Part shown: positions 1-10,654 of the stretch, piece after piece
Position numbering within the stretch: position 1 is the stretch's first letter
Layout: every line of letters starts with the position of its first letter
DNA from: an uncultured Verrucomicrobiae bacterium
GTDB taxonomy: Bacteria; Verrucomicrobiota; Verrucomicrobiia; Palsa-1439
Direction: 5' to 3'
Length of the DNA stretch: 64,000 nt
NCBI GenBank assembly: GCA_963812605.1
Contig: CAWEWF010000002.1
Coordinates: 96,001 to 160,000, forward strand
Program-made: the position numbers and the translations under genes
The notes under the pieces: generated by a model
The model's input: the letters and a program-made list of their open reading frames with translations, nothing else
What the model was told of the DNA's origin: nothing
Databases searched by the model: none

Positions 1-2
1 AG

Positions 3-1178
3 GACTTATTTGCCAAATGCACCCACGGATCGGTTCTGCGGGCGCTTATCGATTATATTGCGCTGGCCGCTGGGCCCACAGCAACCATCCGTTTCGGGAA
101 TTCACCCCTGCAATCTTGCGACTGGGATCAGGTTCTGAAGGACACCGGTGCCGACCAGGTAGCCAGGTTTTATCAACAAGCCGGCGTGTCGGTTATCCCC
201 ACGGACCTTCGGCTCCACGTTATCAAACGAAATCCGTTGGGGAAAGTGACATTGATCGAGGAGCGATCCGACAGGGACGTGGCAGTCGAGGTTGACCTCC
301 AGAATACCAGTCTCCTGGCCGAAATCGGTGACCCGCAAAGCGAGCGTCCCCGATTTCGGATCGCCGACTACAATCCGAATCGAATCGAGTCCTTTCATTC
401 GGCCGGGTCTCACCGTTACGTGATACATCGTCACATTCTGGAATCGGACGTCATTGTCAGCGTGCCAAAACTGAAAACCCACGAAAAGGTGGGCATCACC
501 TGCGGCCTCAAGGGATTCGTGGGCACTGTGGGCCATAAGGACTGTCTGGCGCATCACCGATTTGGCAACCCGCGAATCGGTGGGGACGAATATCCCGATA
601 GGTTTCGATTTCTCAGGCCGCTGTCGGCCTTTGAGGATTGGCTCAACCAACGGGACCCGGATGCGCCGGCACAAGGTGGTTTTCAAATCCTGGATCGTAC
701 TTTGCAACGGCTTTTGCGAAGGCTCGGGGTCACTCGCTCCGGCGCGTGGTCTGGCAATGATACAGCCTGGCGCATGACCCTTGATTTGGCGCGGATTGTT
801 CACTACGCCGGCGCAGATGGACGGCTGCACGCAGAACGCCAACGCCGCCATTTGATGTTAATCGATGGCATCCTCGGCGGTGAGGGAGACGGTCCACTCG
901 CGCCCACACCGGCCGCCGCTGGTTGCCTGCTGTTTGGCGATGACGTGGTGTTAGGCGACCGGGTGGCGTGTCGGCTGATGGGCTTCGACCCGGATGCCAT
1001 CCCGTTGATCCGGGAAGCGTCTCGCCATGGGCCTTATCCAATCGCGCCCGAGGCCGTGACACAACCTGCCGTATGGTTCAATGGCAAATTGCGGACGGAA
1101 ACAGAACTGGTCCCCATCTTGGGGCGACCGTTTCGCGCCCCGGCTGGTTGGCGCACTGTCTGTGGTGACCGCCGATAA
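3..1178 (+). CDS. DUF362-domain protein, 5' end outside window
   Basis: Frame is open from base 3 (DLFAKCTHGSVLRALIDY..FGNSPLQ) into the 186..1178 ORF; DUF362-type motifs VPKLKTHEKVGITCGLKGFVG and DGILGGEGDGP. Confidence 0.75.
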   Translation, partial: DLFAKCTHGSVLRALIDYIALAAGPTATIRFGNSPLQSCDWDQVLKDTGADQVARFYQQAGVSVIPTDLRLHVIKRNPLGKVTLIEERSDRDVAVEVDLQNTSLLAEIGDPQSERPRFRIADYNPNRIESFHSAGSHRYVIHRHILESDVIVSVPKLKTHEKVGITCGLKGFVGTVGHKDCLAHHRFGNPRIGGDEYPDRFRFLRPLSAFEDWLNQRDPDAPAQGGFQILDRTLQRLLRRLGVTRSGAWSGNDTAWRMTLDLARIVHYAGADGRLHAERQRRHLMLIDGILGGEGDGPLAPTPAAAGCLLFGDDVVLGDRVACRLMGFDPDAIPLIREASRHGPYPIAPEAVTQPAVWFNGKLRTETELVPILGRPFRAPAGWRTVCGDRR

Positions 1179-1240
1179 TTGGCCCGCTGTCAACCCGTCA
1201 TCTTGAGGGATTTTTGAATTAGATCGAAGCCGGTGAACTC

Positions 1241-2578
1241 ATGAAAAAACGTCCCGCAACCCTGGTCGGCCGACTGCGTTCTCGATTCCACGAATCAGAG
1301 ATTGAAGCGCGCGCGCGCGCTTACCAGGACGAGATGGACCTGGCATCCCAGCAAGCGGTACAGTTGGAAATGTGGAACACGGAGTGGCGCCGCGTTCTCG
1401 CGGATATTCCTTATTACCAAGAGCTGCAGCAGCGGCATCATCTTCCGGTTCGATTCAGGTCCTGGGAGGAATTCAGCGAAGTAGTCCCACCGACAACGCG
1501 TGAGTTGCTGCAGCACCACAAGAACACCATGACCAGCCGGTCCCGTAGGCATGATTTTATGCGCATGACGGGAGGCTCCACCGCCGCGCCCGTCCAAATG
1601 CCAGCGTGGAAATCCGAGCTGGCTCATGGCCATCCCGACGCCTGGGTTGCCCGCGGCTGGTATGGTGTCACACCCAGTTCGAGGCTTTTCTTGATATGGG
1701 GACATGGTCATCTTTTGGGCAGCGGTCTGCGCGGCCGTATCAATGGGCACCGGCGGCGCCTGCAAGACCGCCTCCTTGGGTACCATCGGTTCTCGGCTTA
1801 TGATCTTCAGCCGGCAATGCTGCGAAAGGCCGGGCGGGCGTTGTTGGAGTTTCAGCCTGATTATCTTCTTGGTTACAGTGTGGCGTTGCATCTTTTCGGC
1901 CAGGAAAACCGGGATCTCCTCGGCCCTTTTCGCTCGCTCGGTCTGAAAGTGGTGATCGGTACCGCGGAAAATTTTCCGACTTCCGACGCGCCTGGGCTTT
2001 TACATGAGCTCTTCAACTGCCCCGTGGCAATGGAATATGGCAGCGTGGAAACAGGGGTCATGGCTCATACCCATCCCGAAGGAGGCTATCGGGTATTCTG
2101 GCGCAGCTATATGCTCGAAGCGGAGCGAACGTCCGGTGATTACCACCTCCTGCGGGTCACCAGCCTTTATCCCCGCGCTTTTCCCCTGGTTCGTTACGAG
2201 ATCGGCGACGAAGTTGAACTGCGGGATCCTTCTCCCGCCTACGCCGGCGCCATCCATAGTTTCAAGCGGGTGGTCGGGCGGTGCAATGATTATGTATCGC
2301 TGCCGGATGGAGCCCTGATTCATTCGGAGGCGTTCAGTCACGCCGTGCGTCCCTGTGCCGAGATTCGCTCCTTCCAGGTAGTTCAGGCTCGCGGCGCGAT
2401 CCGGATCCGGTACACGGCTGCCAAGCCCCTCTCCGCCACCGTCGAGAGTGAAATCCGCGGCCGACTGAGCAAGGTTCATCCCAGCCTCAACCACCTGGTG
2501 CTGGAACAGGTTGAGCAACTCCCGCAAACTGTCGCCGGCAAGACGCGGATGATTGCCACGGAGCCGTCCTCCCGATAG
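1241..2578 (+). CDS. Phenylacetate-CoA ligase-like / CapK-like adenylate-forming enzyme
   Basis: TGGSTAAP loop, EYGSVETG, FPLVRYEIGD, GR, terminal GKTR motifs; polysaccharide-locus context. Confidence 0.8.
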   Translation: MKKRPATLVGRLRSRFHESEIEARARAYQDEMDLASQQAVQLEMWNTEWRRVLADIPYYQELQQRHHLPVRFRSWEEFSEVVPPTTRELLQHHKNTMTSRSRRHDFMRMTGGSTAAPVQMPAWKSELAHGHPDAWVARGWYGVTPSSRLFLIWGHGHLLGSGLRGRINGHRRRLQDRLLGYHRFSAYDLQPAMLRKAGRALLEFQPDYLLGYSVALHLFGQENRDLLGPFRSLGLKVVIGTAENFPTSDAPGLLHELFNCPVAMEYGSVETGVMAHTHPEGGYRVFWRSYMLEAERTSGDYHLLRVTSLYPRAFPLVRYEIGDEVELRDPSPAYAGAIHSFKRVVGRCNDYVSLPDGALIHSEAFSHAVRPCAEIRSFQVVQARGAIRIRYTAAKPLSATVESEIRGRLSKVHPSLNHLVLEQVEQLPQTVAGKTRMIATEPSSR

Positions 2579-2613
2579 GCCCGGCGCACCTTGTACGAAT
2601 AAGGCAACAGCCC

Positions 2614-3882
2614 ATGCGACTGCTCTTCTTCAACCGATCGTTCTATCCGGACGTCGAGGCGACCGGCCAACTGCTTTCCGAATTGTGTCAGGACTTGAGC
2701 CACGACCACGAGGTGACGGTGGTGGCGGGTCGCGCTTATAACATGGAGCGATTCGACTCGTGGCTGCCGGTCAAACGGGAGCAATGGGGCCGTGTCGAGA
2801 TTCTGCGCGCGTACAATCCCCGGTTGGACAAGCGGGTGTTTGTCGCGCGCGTTCTGAACCTGCTGTCGTATTTTTGCTTCAGCTTTCTGGCCGGTTTCTT
2901 CGCGGGGCGACCGGATGTCATCGTGGTTGAGACCGACCCGCCAGTGCTTGGTCTGGTCGCGCTTTTTTTTGCGCGATGGTATCGCGCACCGCTCGTGTTT
3001 TACCTGCAGGATTTATATCCCGATGTCGGTATTGCGCTTGGCAAGCTCAAGAATCCATTGCTGATCCGCGTTCTCGAAGCGAGCACGCGACGAATTCTGA
3101 AGGGCGCCGACCGCATCGTGGTGTTGGGTGACGACATGCGACGCCGGGTGCTGACGAAGGGCTGTCCGCATCCCGAACGGATTCATGTGATCCCGAACTG
3201 GGTGGACACGACGCAGATTCGTCCGCAACCGGGCGCGAACTTGTTCCGGCAACAACACCAATTGGAGGGGTGCTTCGTGGTCATGTTCTCTGGCAATCTA
3301 GGGCTGTCGCAGCGGCTCGAGGATGTGCTTACCGTTGCCGCCGAATTTACCGACAAGAGCGGAATTCGCTTCGTTTTCATAGGCGAAGGAGCCGCCAAAG
3401 CGGATCTTATGAAACAAGCACGCGCGCGACATCTTGGAAACACACTTTTTCTTCCCTATCAGCCGAAAGAATCGCTTTCCGCATCCTTGGGCGCGGCCGA
3501 TGTCCATCTCGTGCCTTTGCGGGGCGGGGTGGCGGGCCTGATCGTGCCGAGCAAGGTTTACGGGATTCTGGCGGCAGGACGTCCGCTGATCGTCGCCATC
3601 GAGGAAGACAGCCACCCGGCGCAAATCGTTCGGGAACATCAGTGCGGTCTGCGGGTGGATCCGGACTCACCCGCGAAACTCCACCAGGCGATTGCCTGGG
3701 CCGTCGGCCATCCGTCGGAGTTGCGGGAGATGGGCCAACGCGGGCGCGAAGCGGCCGTGAAGCATTTTGACCGGCGGATTTCCGTCGCCAAATTCCGAAA
3801 CATGGTTGAATCGCTGCCGGGACACCGGCACAAACTGGCGATGCAGAATCAGCGTGACGGCACGAACGAAATCGCTTACTAA
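2614..3882 (+). CDS. GT4 glycosyltransferase (WbuB/WcaI-like)
   Basis: FYPD..ATG N-terminus, QDLYPD, IPNWVD, FSGNLG, VPSKVYGILAAGRP. Confidence 0.88.
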   Translation: MRLLFFNRSFYPDVEATGQLLSELCQDLSHDHEVTVVAGRAYNMERFDSWLPVKREQWGRVEILRAYNPRLDKRVFVARVLNLLSYFCFSFLAGFFAGRPDVIVVETDPPVLGLVALFFARWYRAPLVFYLQDLYPDVGIALGKLKNPLLIRVLEASTRRILKGADRIVVLGDDMRRRVLTKGCPHPERIHVIPNWVDTTQIRPQPGANLFRQQHQLEGCFVVMFSGNLGLSQRLEDVLTVAAEFTDKSGIRFVFIGEGAAKADLMKQARARHLGNTLFLPYQPKESLSASLGAADVHLVPLRGGVAGLIVPSKVYGILAAGRPLIVAIEEDSHPAQIVREHQCGLRVDPDSPAKLHQAIAWAVGHPSELREMGQRGREAAVKHFDRRISVAKFRNMVESLPGHRHKLAMQNQRDGTNEIAY

Positions 3883-3891
3883 GAGGATGGC

Positions 3892-4914
3892 ATGAAACGA
3901 GCACTTATCACCGGTATCACAGGGCAGGACGGATCTTATTTGGCTGAACTGCTTCTGCAAAAGGGTTACGAGGTTCACGGCATCATTCGCCGCGCCAGCA
4001 GCATCAACAGCAGTCGGATCGACCACCTTTACCAGGACCGCCATAAGGGGGGCGTCAAGCTCTTCCTGCACTATGGCGATCTCAGTGATTCGGTCAGTCT
4101 GGTAAAAATGATGTACGACTTGAAGTTCGATGAGGTTTATCATCTCGGCGCCCAGAGTCATGTTCGTGTCAGCTATGATATTCCCGAGTACACGGCGGAC
4201 ATTACGGGCGTAGGGACAATCCGCATCCTCGAGGCAATCCGCGAAACCGACAGCAACCCGCGGTTCTATCAAGCCTCATCGAGCGAGATGTTTGGAAAAG
4301 TGGCGGAAATCCCCCAACGGGAAACAACCCCGTTTCATCCGCGCAGCCCGTACGCTGTGGCGAAGGTGTTCTCCTATTGGGCAACGGTCAACTACCGCGA
4401 GGGATATAACATGTTTGCCTGCAATGGGATACTGTTCAACCATGAATCACCGCGGCGAGGCGAGACGTTCGTCACCCGCAAGATCACGCGCGCCCTTGCG
4501 CATATCAAGCTCGGGCTGCAGGATAAACTTTATCTGGGCAATTTGGATGCGAAACGCGACTGGGGATACGCCCCGGAATTCGTTGAGGCGATGTGGATGA
4601 TGTTGCAACAGGACCAGCCGGATGACTACGTGATCGCCACGGGTGAAACCCATTCGGTGAAAGAGTTCTGCGAGGAAGCTTTCGCCTATGCGGGCCTGGA
4701 TTGGAGCCAGTACGTCGAAATCGACAAACGCTATTACCGCCCGGCAGAAGTGGATTTGTTGATCGGCGACGCCTCCAAGGCGAAACGGGTCTTGGGTTGG
4801 GAACCAAAGATACGATTCAAGGACCTGGTAAGGTTGATGGTGGACGCCGACCTCAAGACACTGGAGGACCAACTGGCCGGGAAGGTGGACCGGGTGGAGG
4901 CAGGACAGCGCTGA
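3892..4914 (+). CDS. gmd: GDP-mannose 4,6-dehydratase
   Basis: [53 protein letters not shown]. Confidence 0.98.
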   Translation: MKRALITGITGQDGSYLAELLLQKGYEVHGIIRRASSINSSRIDHLYQDRHKGGVKLFLHYGDLSDSVSLVKMMYDLKFDEVYHLGAQSHVRVSYDIPEYTADITGVGTIRILEAIRETDSNPRFYQASSSEMFGKVAEIPQRETTPFHPRSPYAVAKVFSYWATVNYREGYNMFACNGILFNHESPRRGETFVTRKITRALAHIKLGLQDKLYLGNLDAKRDWGYAPEFVEAMWMMLQQDQPDDYVIATGETHSVKEFCEEAFAYAGLDWSQYVEIDKRYYRPAEVDLLIGDASKAKRVLGWEPKIRFKDLVRLMVDADLKTLEDQLAGKVDRVEAGQR

Positions 4915-5883
<969 letters not shown>

Positions 5884-6141
5884 AATGACCCAGGACCGTG
5901 CGCAAAATGTGCACCAGCGTTCCTGCGGGTCAGCAGGCCTTGGCACTGGATCAGAGCTACATTTCACTGCTCCTTCCTTCAGTTGTTCAAGTTGTTACGG
6001 CTGATCCGGGCAACCCGCGGGACTGGTAAGCGCCCAATCCGGTCAGAAATCGTATATATTTACGAACAGAAAGATTGATTGCCTTCTAGACCAGTTTATT
6101 GTAGGCTCCCGGGGTTGCTAGGAGTGGTATAGAGACCAAAT

Positions 6142-8042
6142 ATGGGGAAGTATTTGTTATTGTTTTTGGGTGGTTTCGGGATTTCATTCGCGCTGACGCC
6201 GCTGGTGCGATGGTTGGCGATTCGCGTCAAAGCCATGGATATTCCGAACGAACGGAAGGTTCATGACCGTCCCATCCCGCGGCTTGGCGGCGTGGCCATC
6301 TTCGTGGCGTTCACCTCCATGGTTTTCCTGGCGTTCTCTCCCTTCGCGCTGGTTACGCATCCGTTCATTTCCATCGGGAAACACTGGTGGAGAGGCTATC
6401 TCGCGGCCGCGAGCATTATCGTTGCCCTCGGCGTGCTCGACGACCTGCGGCCACTGGGCGCGCGAGTGAAGTTCCTGACCCAGGCGCTTGCCGCTTGCTG
6501 CGCGATGTATTTCGGATACATCATCAACCGTCTTGATCTTCCGTGGGGTGTTTCCATTCATTTGGGTCTTTGGGGCATTCCGGTGACGCTCCTTTGGATT
6601 GTGGGGCTGACGAACGCGTTCAACCTCATTGATGGCCTGGATGGCCTGGCCAATGGCGTGGCCTTAATCTCGTCGCTAACGTTGATGGGCGTTGCGTTGC
6701 TTGGTCATAACATTGAATTGGCGCTCGTGTGCTCCGCACTGGCGGGTTGTCTTCTCGGATTTCTGCCTTACAATTTTCACCCCGCGTCGATCTTCCTCGG
6801 CGATTCTGGCAGCCTTTTCCTGGGTTTCACGCTCGCCGTGCTCAGCATCACAACCTCGCAGAAGAGCACGGTCGCTGTGTCGATCCTGATCCCGATGATG
6901 GCGTTTGGCCTGCCGATCATGGATGCCCTACTGGCAATGATTCGCCGTTTCTTGCGGGCGATGCACGTTTGGGAAACGACGGGCCAGGGAACGTACCGGG
7001 TGTTTTTTTTGCACGGCAAAGCGATGTTTGAAGCCGACCGTGATCATATTCATCATCGCCTGATGCGCCTGGGGATTTACCACCGCAACGCGGTCATATT
7101 TCTCTACGCGATTTGCGCGGCGATGAGCGTCGCCGCGCTCATGATCGCGTCTTATCGCAATATCGACACGGGCGTCATTCTCGCAGCGATCGGCATCGCC
7201 GTCGTGCTTGGTATCCGCAAATTGCGCTATGAGGAGCTGCAGTTCCTGCGCAACGGTTCGCTGGTTCCGCTTTCCCGTTTCCCGGTGCTGGGATATGAAT
7301 CCTTTCAAATCCCGATCGATCTTGTGATGGTGTCCCTGGCCTATTACGTCGCTTACTGGCTGCGTTACGAGGGCGTGTTCACCGGCTCGGTGAAGGCCAC
7401 CTTCATCGCGACCTTACCGGCGCTACTCCTGACGAAAATTGTCGTGTTCCATCTGACCGGCCTGTACCGTATCCGCTGGCGCCAGGCTGGTGTTCCGGAA
7501 ATGCTGCGCGGCTGCCGCTCGATGGTCCTGGGGAGTGTCGCCGCCGCCGTCGTGCTGACCTACATGCAGGTCGGAAACATCGGCCCGTCGATATTGATCG
7601 TTGATTTTTACGTGGTGAGTTCCTTCCTGTTGGGCTCACGATTCTCCGCGCGGCTGATCCATTATTACGCGCAATCCAACCCCGCTCATAAAAGACGCGT
7701 GCTCATTTACGGAACCGGTCCCAGCGCCAGCATGTTGATCTGTGAACTTCTGGCCAACCAGCATCATTCGCTCGCGCCGGTTGGTTTTATCGACGAGCAT
7801 CACGGCAAGAGCCGCAAGATTTTGCATGGATACCCGATCCTGGGTTCGTTCATGATTCTTCCTGAGATCCTTCAGGACGGCGGCATTGAAGAGTTGATCA
7901 TTGCCACCATGAAGCTCCCCCCCAGCAACTCGAGCAACTCAAGGAGTTGTGCCGCCAACATGGCGTGACGGTGCGCCAGTTCCGCGTCTCCCTCGACGAG
8001 ATTCCCCATTCCGGCGCGAGACTCAACCTCGCCAGCAGCTAG
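6142..8042 (+). CDS. WecA/TagO (MraY family) phosphoglycosyltransferase fused to a CapD/PglF-like membrane + Rossmann N-terminal module; frameshift in the C7 run at 7917-7923
   Basis: PRLGGVAIF, LDD, NAFNLIDGLDGL, IFLGDSGS, DHIHHRL; then 4 TM segments and RVLIYGTG...VGFIDE...HGYPILG. One extra C gives QQLEQLKELCRQHGVTVRQFRVSLDE.. with TAG at 8040-8042. Confidence 0.85.
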
Positions 8043-8242
8043 TCACCACTCAAGGATCTCGTTTCCCCGAAAATCGCACGCGCCAGCAGTGTGTCTTGCT
8101 GGTCCGCATTGATTGGGCGAAGGCAGCTGACCTGGAGCACGGAATTCAGGAACATGGCAAGAGCATTGGGCCCACCACGAGGAATGTCATCGGCCAGAGG
8201 AACTCTTTTTTCACAGCGACGGGCCGGTGGATCACCGCGAAA

Positions 8243-10597
8243 TCAGGGCTGTACCCAGAAGTTATTTTGTCCCTGCTGGATATACACTTTCTCCAACAAC
8301 ACGTCCGTCAGTCCGTCGCGCCGCGCCATTGGGGCGCGGTCGCTGTATTCCGCGCGGGCCTGAGCATACATTTGCCGGGTGAACGCGGCAGAAGCACTTC
8401 CTGAATCGGAATATCGGCTGTTACCATTATTCCAGTCCCAGTTTTTGGTCTGCACGACGGTATTGCTTGTTGAGTTAAGCAGGGGCCAGTTGCCGACGGG
8501 GGACCTGAAGGTGAGGCACCCATCAACCATCAGCGAGCCTGAAGTCGAGCCGCTAACATTATACCAATCGATGATGTAATCATCTAACCCCAGCAGGAAT
8601 GTGCCACTAAAATTTACCACGGAAAAGCCATTCGAGGTGGCCCGAGAAAAATCTTCATTAGCACCGATGTTCTCATGGAGCACACAGTTCAGGTAGGTAA
8701 TAGTGCCATTTCCTGACACTTGCAGGATGCGATTGTGGAAAGAATTATTGCCCGCTTCGTTGTAGATGGCTTCCCCATAAAACTGTCCGCCGTTGGTGCA
8801 CATAAGACTGAGCCAGTTTACGCCATTGTCAGTGTCGATCTCGCGCACTTTGCCGCGGCCCTCCAACAACACGTTTATGCCCGTACTGGCGGGAGAAACC
8901 GAGGTCTGACAAATGATATTGCCAGCAATGTCCACTACGGTACCGGGACAATCCCCCAGTCGAACGTTTGTGGTCAGCCCTTGGAAAATCATGACATCGC
9001 GCAGGTAAACCCGTGCCGCAGAACTGCCCACACCGGTAACGGCGATGCCGCCGCCGGCAGAGCCAGAGTTGCCGCTCAGTTGCAACTGGGAAAACGTGAC
9101 ATGCGATGGACTTGGACACACGAACATGGATCCGCCGGAAGCACCGTTCCAGTAGAACTTCGTCATATCACCGTCACCCACGATACGCACATCCCGGTTC
9201 ACCGGTAGGGTAACGGTCGAGGTCATATGCCACTGCTGGTCGCTATTCGAGGACCAGGGAATGTGAATGACAGTCCCATTCGTGGCACTGCTAACGGCGG
9301 TCTGCAACGAAGCCGCCGTAAGACTGGTGGGCATATCCACAAAGGTACGGTTGAGATTCACTGCCGCTGGCGGGATGACGGGCGCGGCGAAGGCAAGCGC
9401 GCCTCGTGACACCGTGAAGTTGTCCACCATGTTGGTCTTGAACCCGCTTCCCCCTCCAAGAGAAAGCCAGCTGGACGCGCAGTTGGTGTTGCCGATAGCC
9501 GTCAGGTCAATCTGAAGGGAATTGGAGGTGGATACGGTCGGGCCATTGGTGCAGGCGAATATATTATCCAACAGGACCAAGGGACCTGGTTGCCCCATGA
9601 CAATCGGTGTTGTGCAATCAACGATGGTGTTCCCCTTCATCAAGATCGGCGTGACGTTGGCGCCCACATTTGAGGTCTTCAAAAAGGTTCCTGCCCGGAA
9701 ACTAATGTTGCTTACTATCTCGATATAGGAAGAGGCCTGCGTCAAGGTGAACTCCGTCTGATTGTCCACCAACACGCTGTGGTACAAGTGTGCCGAACCA
9801 GGATTCACATACAGTGCGTTCTGGCAGTTGGTAAACAAACAATCTGTCATCCAGGCGTCCAGTGCATTGAAGTTCCAGGTCTCCAGCCCGGTGGTCAGCC
9901 CGATGAACTTGCAACGGGTAAATCCCTCGTTGGCAAATCCTGCGCCGTAGAAACCGCCGTCAATCCCGTGAGCACCGGATGCGCCATTCTTAAATACCAA
10001 ATCCTCAAAGGTGTTTGCACTATCGAAAAAAACGGCTCCACTCTGTTGACTGCAACTCAACAGGGTAGTCGCCTTCCCATTTCCATCCAACGTAAAACGC
10101 GAGAATAGCACGAACACAACGGAATCCAAGTGCACCAACGTGGACGCACCGGAATATCCAGAGCCGGTGGGGCCATCGAATTTCAGGGCGGTATCCGACG
10201 GATCGTGTCCGACAATTTCAACTTCCTGCCGGTTTCGCAGCCAAAGCTTTTGCGTAACCCGGTACGTGCCCGGCGGGAAATACAGCACTGGTGAATTCCC
10301 CCCCAGGCCAACTTTGGAGAGAGCATTACTGATTGCCGCCGTGTCATCCGTGACGCCGTCTCCGACTGCCCCGTAGGTGGTCTTGACGTTCGACCAACTG
10401 TTGAAGGGGCCGTACCATTCGGTAACGGCGCTCGATCCAGATTGAGAAGGTGCTCCTGTCGTGGCGGTCGCCACGTTTGACGGGGCAGAGAGGCCTGCCC
10501 GTGTCTCGCGACCAGAGAGCGCGAGCAGTCCCAAGAAAGTCAATATCCAGAGGCGAGATTTCATAACAGTACACATTTCATTCCGCATTATACTCAT
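8243..10597 (-). CDS. Secreted pectin-lyase-fold (beta-helix) protein, GH55/Pectate_lyase_3-like
   Basis: Signal peptide; NVKTTYGAVGDGVTDDTAAISNAL..LYFPPGTYRV; second beta-helix start (SLQTAVSSA..GTVIHIP..VRIVGDG); S/T/N/G rich. Start may be a downstream Met. Confidence 0.75.
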   Translation of the reverse strand: MSIMRNEMCTVMKSRLWILTFLGLLALSGRETRAGLSAPSNVATATTGAPSQSGSSAVTEWYGPFNSWSNVKTTYGAVGDGVTDDTAAISNALSKVGLGGNSPVLYFPPGTYRVTQKLWLRNRQEVEIVGHDPSDTALKFDGPTGSGYSGASTLVHLDSVVFVLFSRFTLDGNGKATTLLSCSQQSGAVFFDSANTFEDLVFKNGASGAHGIDGGFYGAGFANEGFTRCKFIGLTTGLETWNFNALDAWMTDCLFTNCQNALYVNPGSAHLYHSVLVDNQTEFTLTQASSYIEIVSNISFRAGTFLKTSNVGANVTPILMKGNTIVDCTTPIVMGQPGPLVLLDNIFACTNGPTVSTSNSLQIDLTAIGNTNCASSWLSLGGGSGFKTNMVDNFTVSRGALAFAAPVIPPAAVNLNRTFVDMPTSLTAASLQTAVSSATNGTVIHIPWSSNSDQQWHMTSTVTLPVNRDVRIVGDGDMTKFYWNGASGGSMFVCPSPSHVTFSQLQLSGNSGSAGGGIAVTGVGSSAARVYLRDVMIFQGLTTNVRLGDCPGTVVDIAGNIICQTSVSPASTGINVLLEGRGKVREIDTDNGVNWLSLMCTNGGQFYGEAIYNEAGNNSFHNRILQVSGNGTITYLNCVLHENIGANEDFSRATSNGFSVVNFSGTFLLGLDDYIIDWYNVSGSTSGSLMVDGCLTFRSPVGNWPLLNSTSNTVVQTKNWDWNNGNSRYSDSGSASAAFTRQMYAQARAEYSDRAPMARRDGLTDVLLEKVYIQQGQNNFWVQP

Positions 10598-10654
10598 TCG
10601 GCATTATACTCATTCTTCTATCGTGCGTCCAGTTTTACTATCGTGCGTCTAGTT
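10579..10654. repeat. Two adjacent short tandem duplications
   Basis: cattc(c/g)gcattatact x2 (10579-10610); ctatcgtgcgtc(c/t)agtt at 10618-10634 and 10638-10654. Confidence 0.8.
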
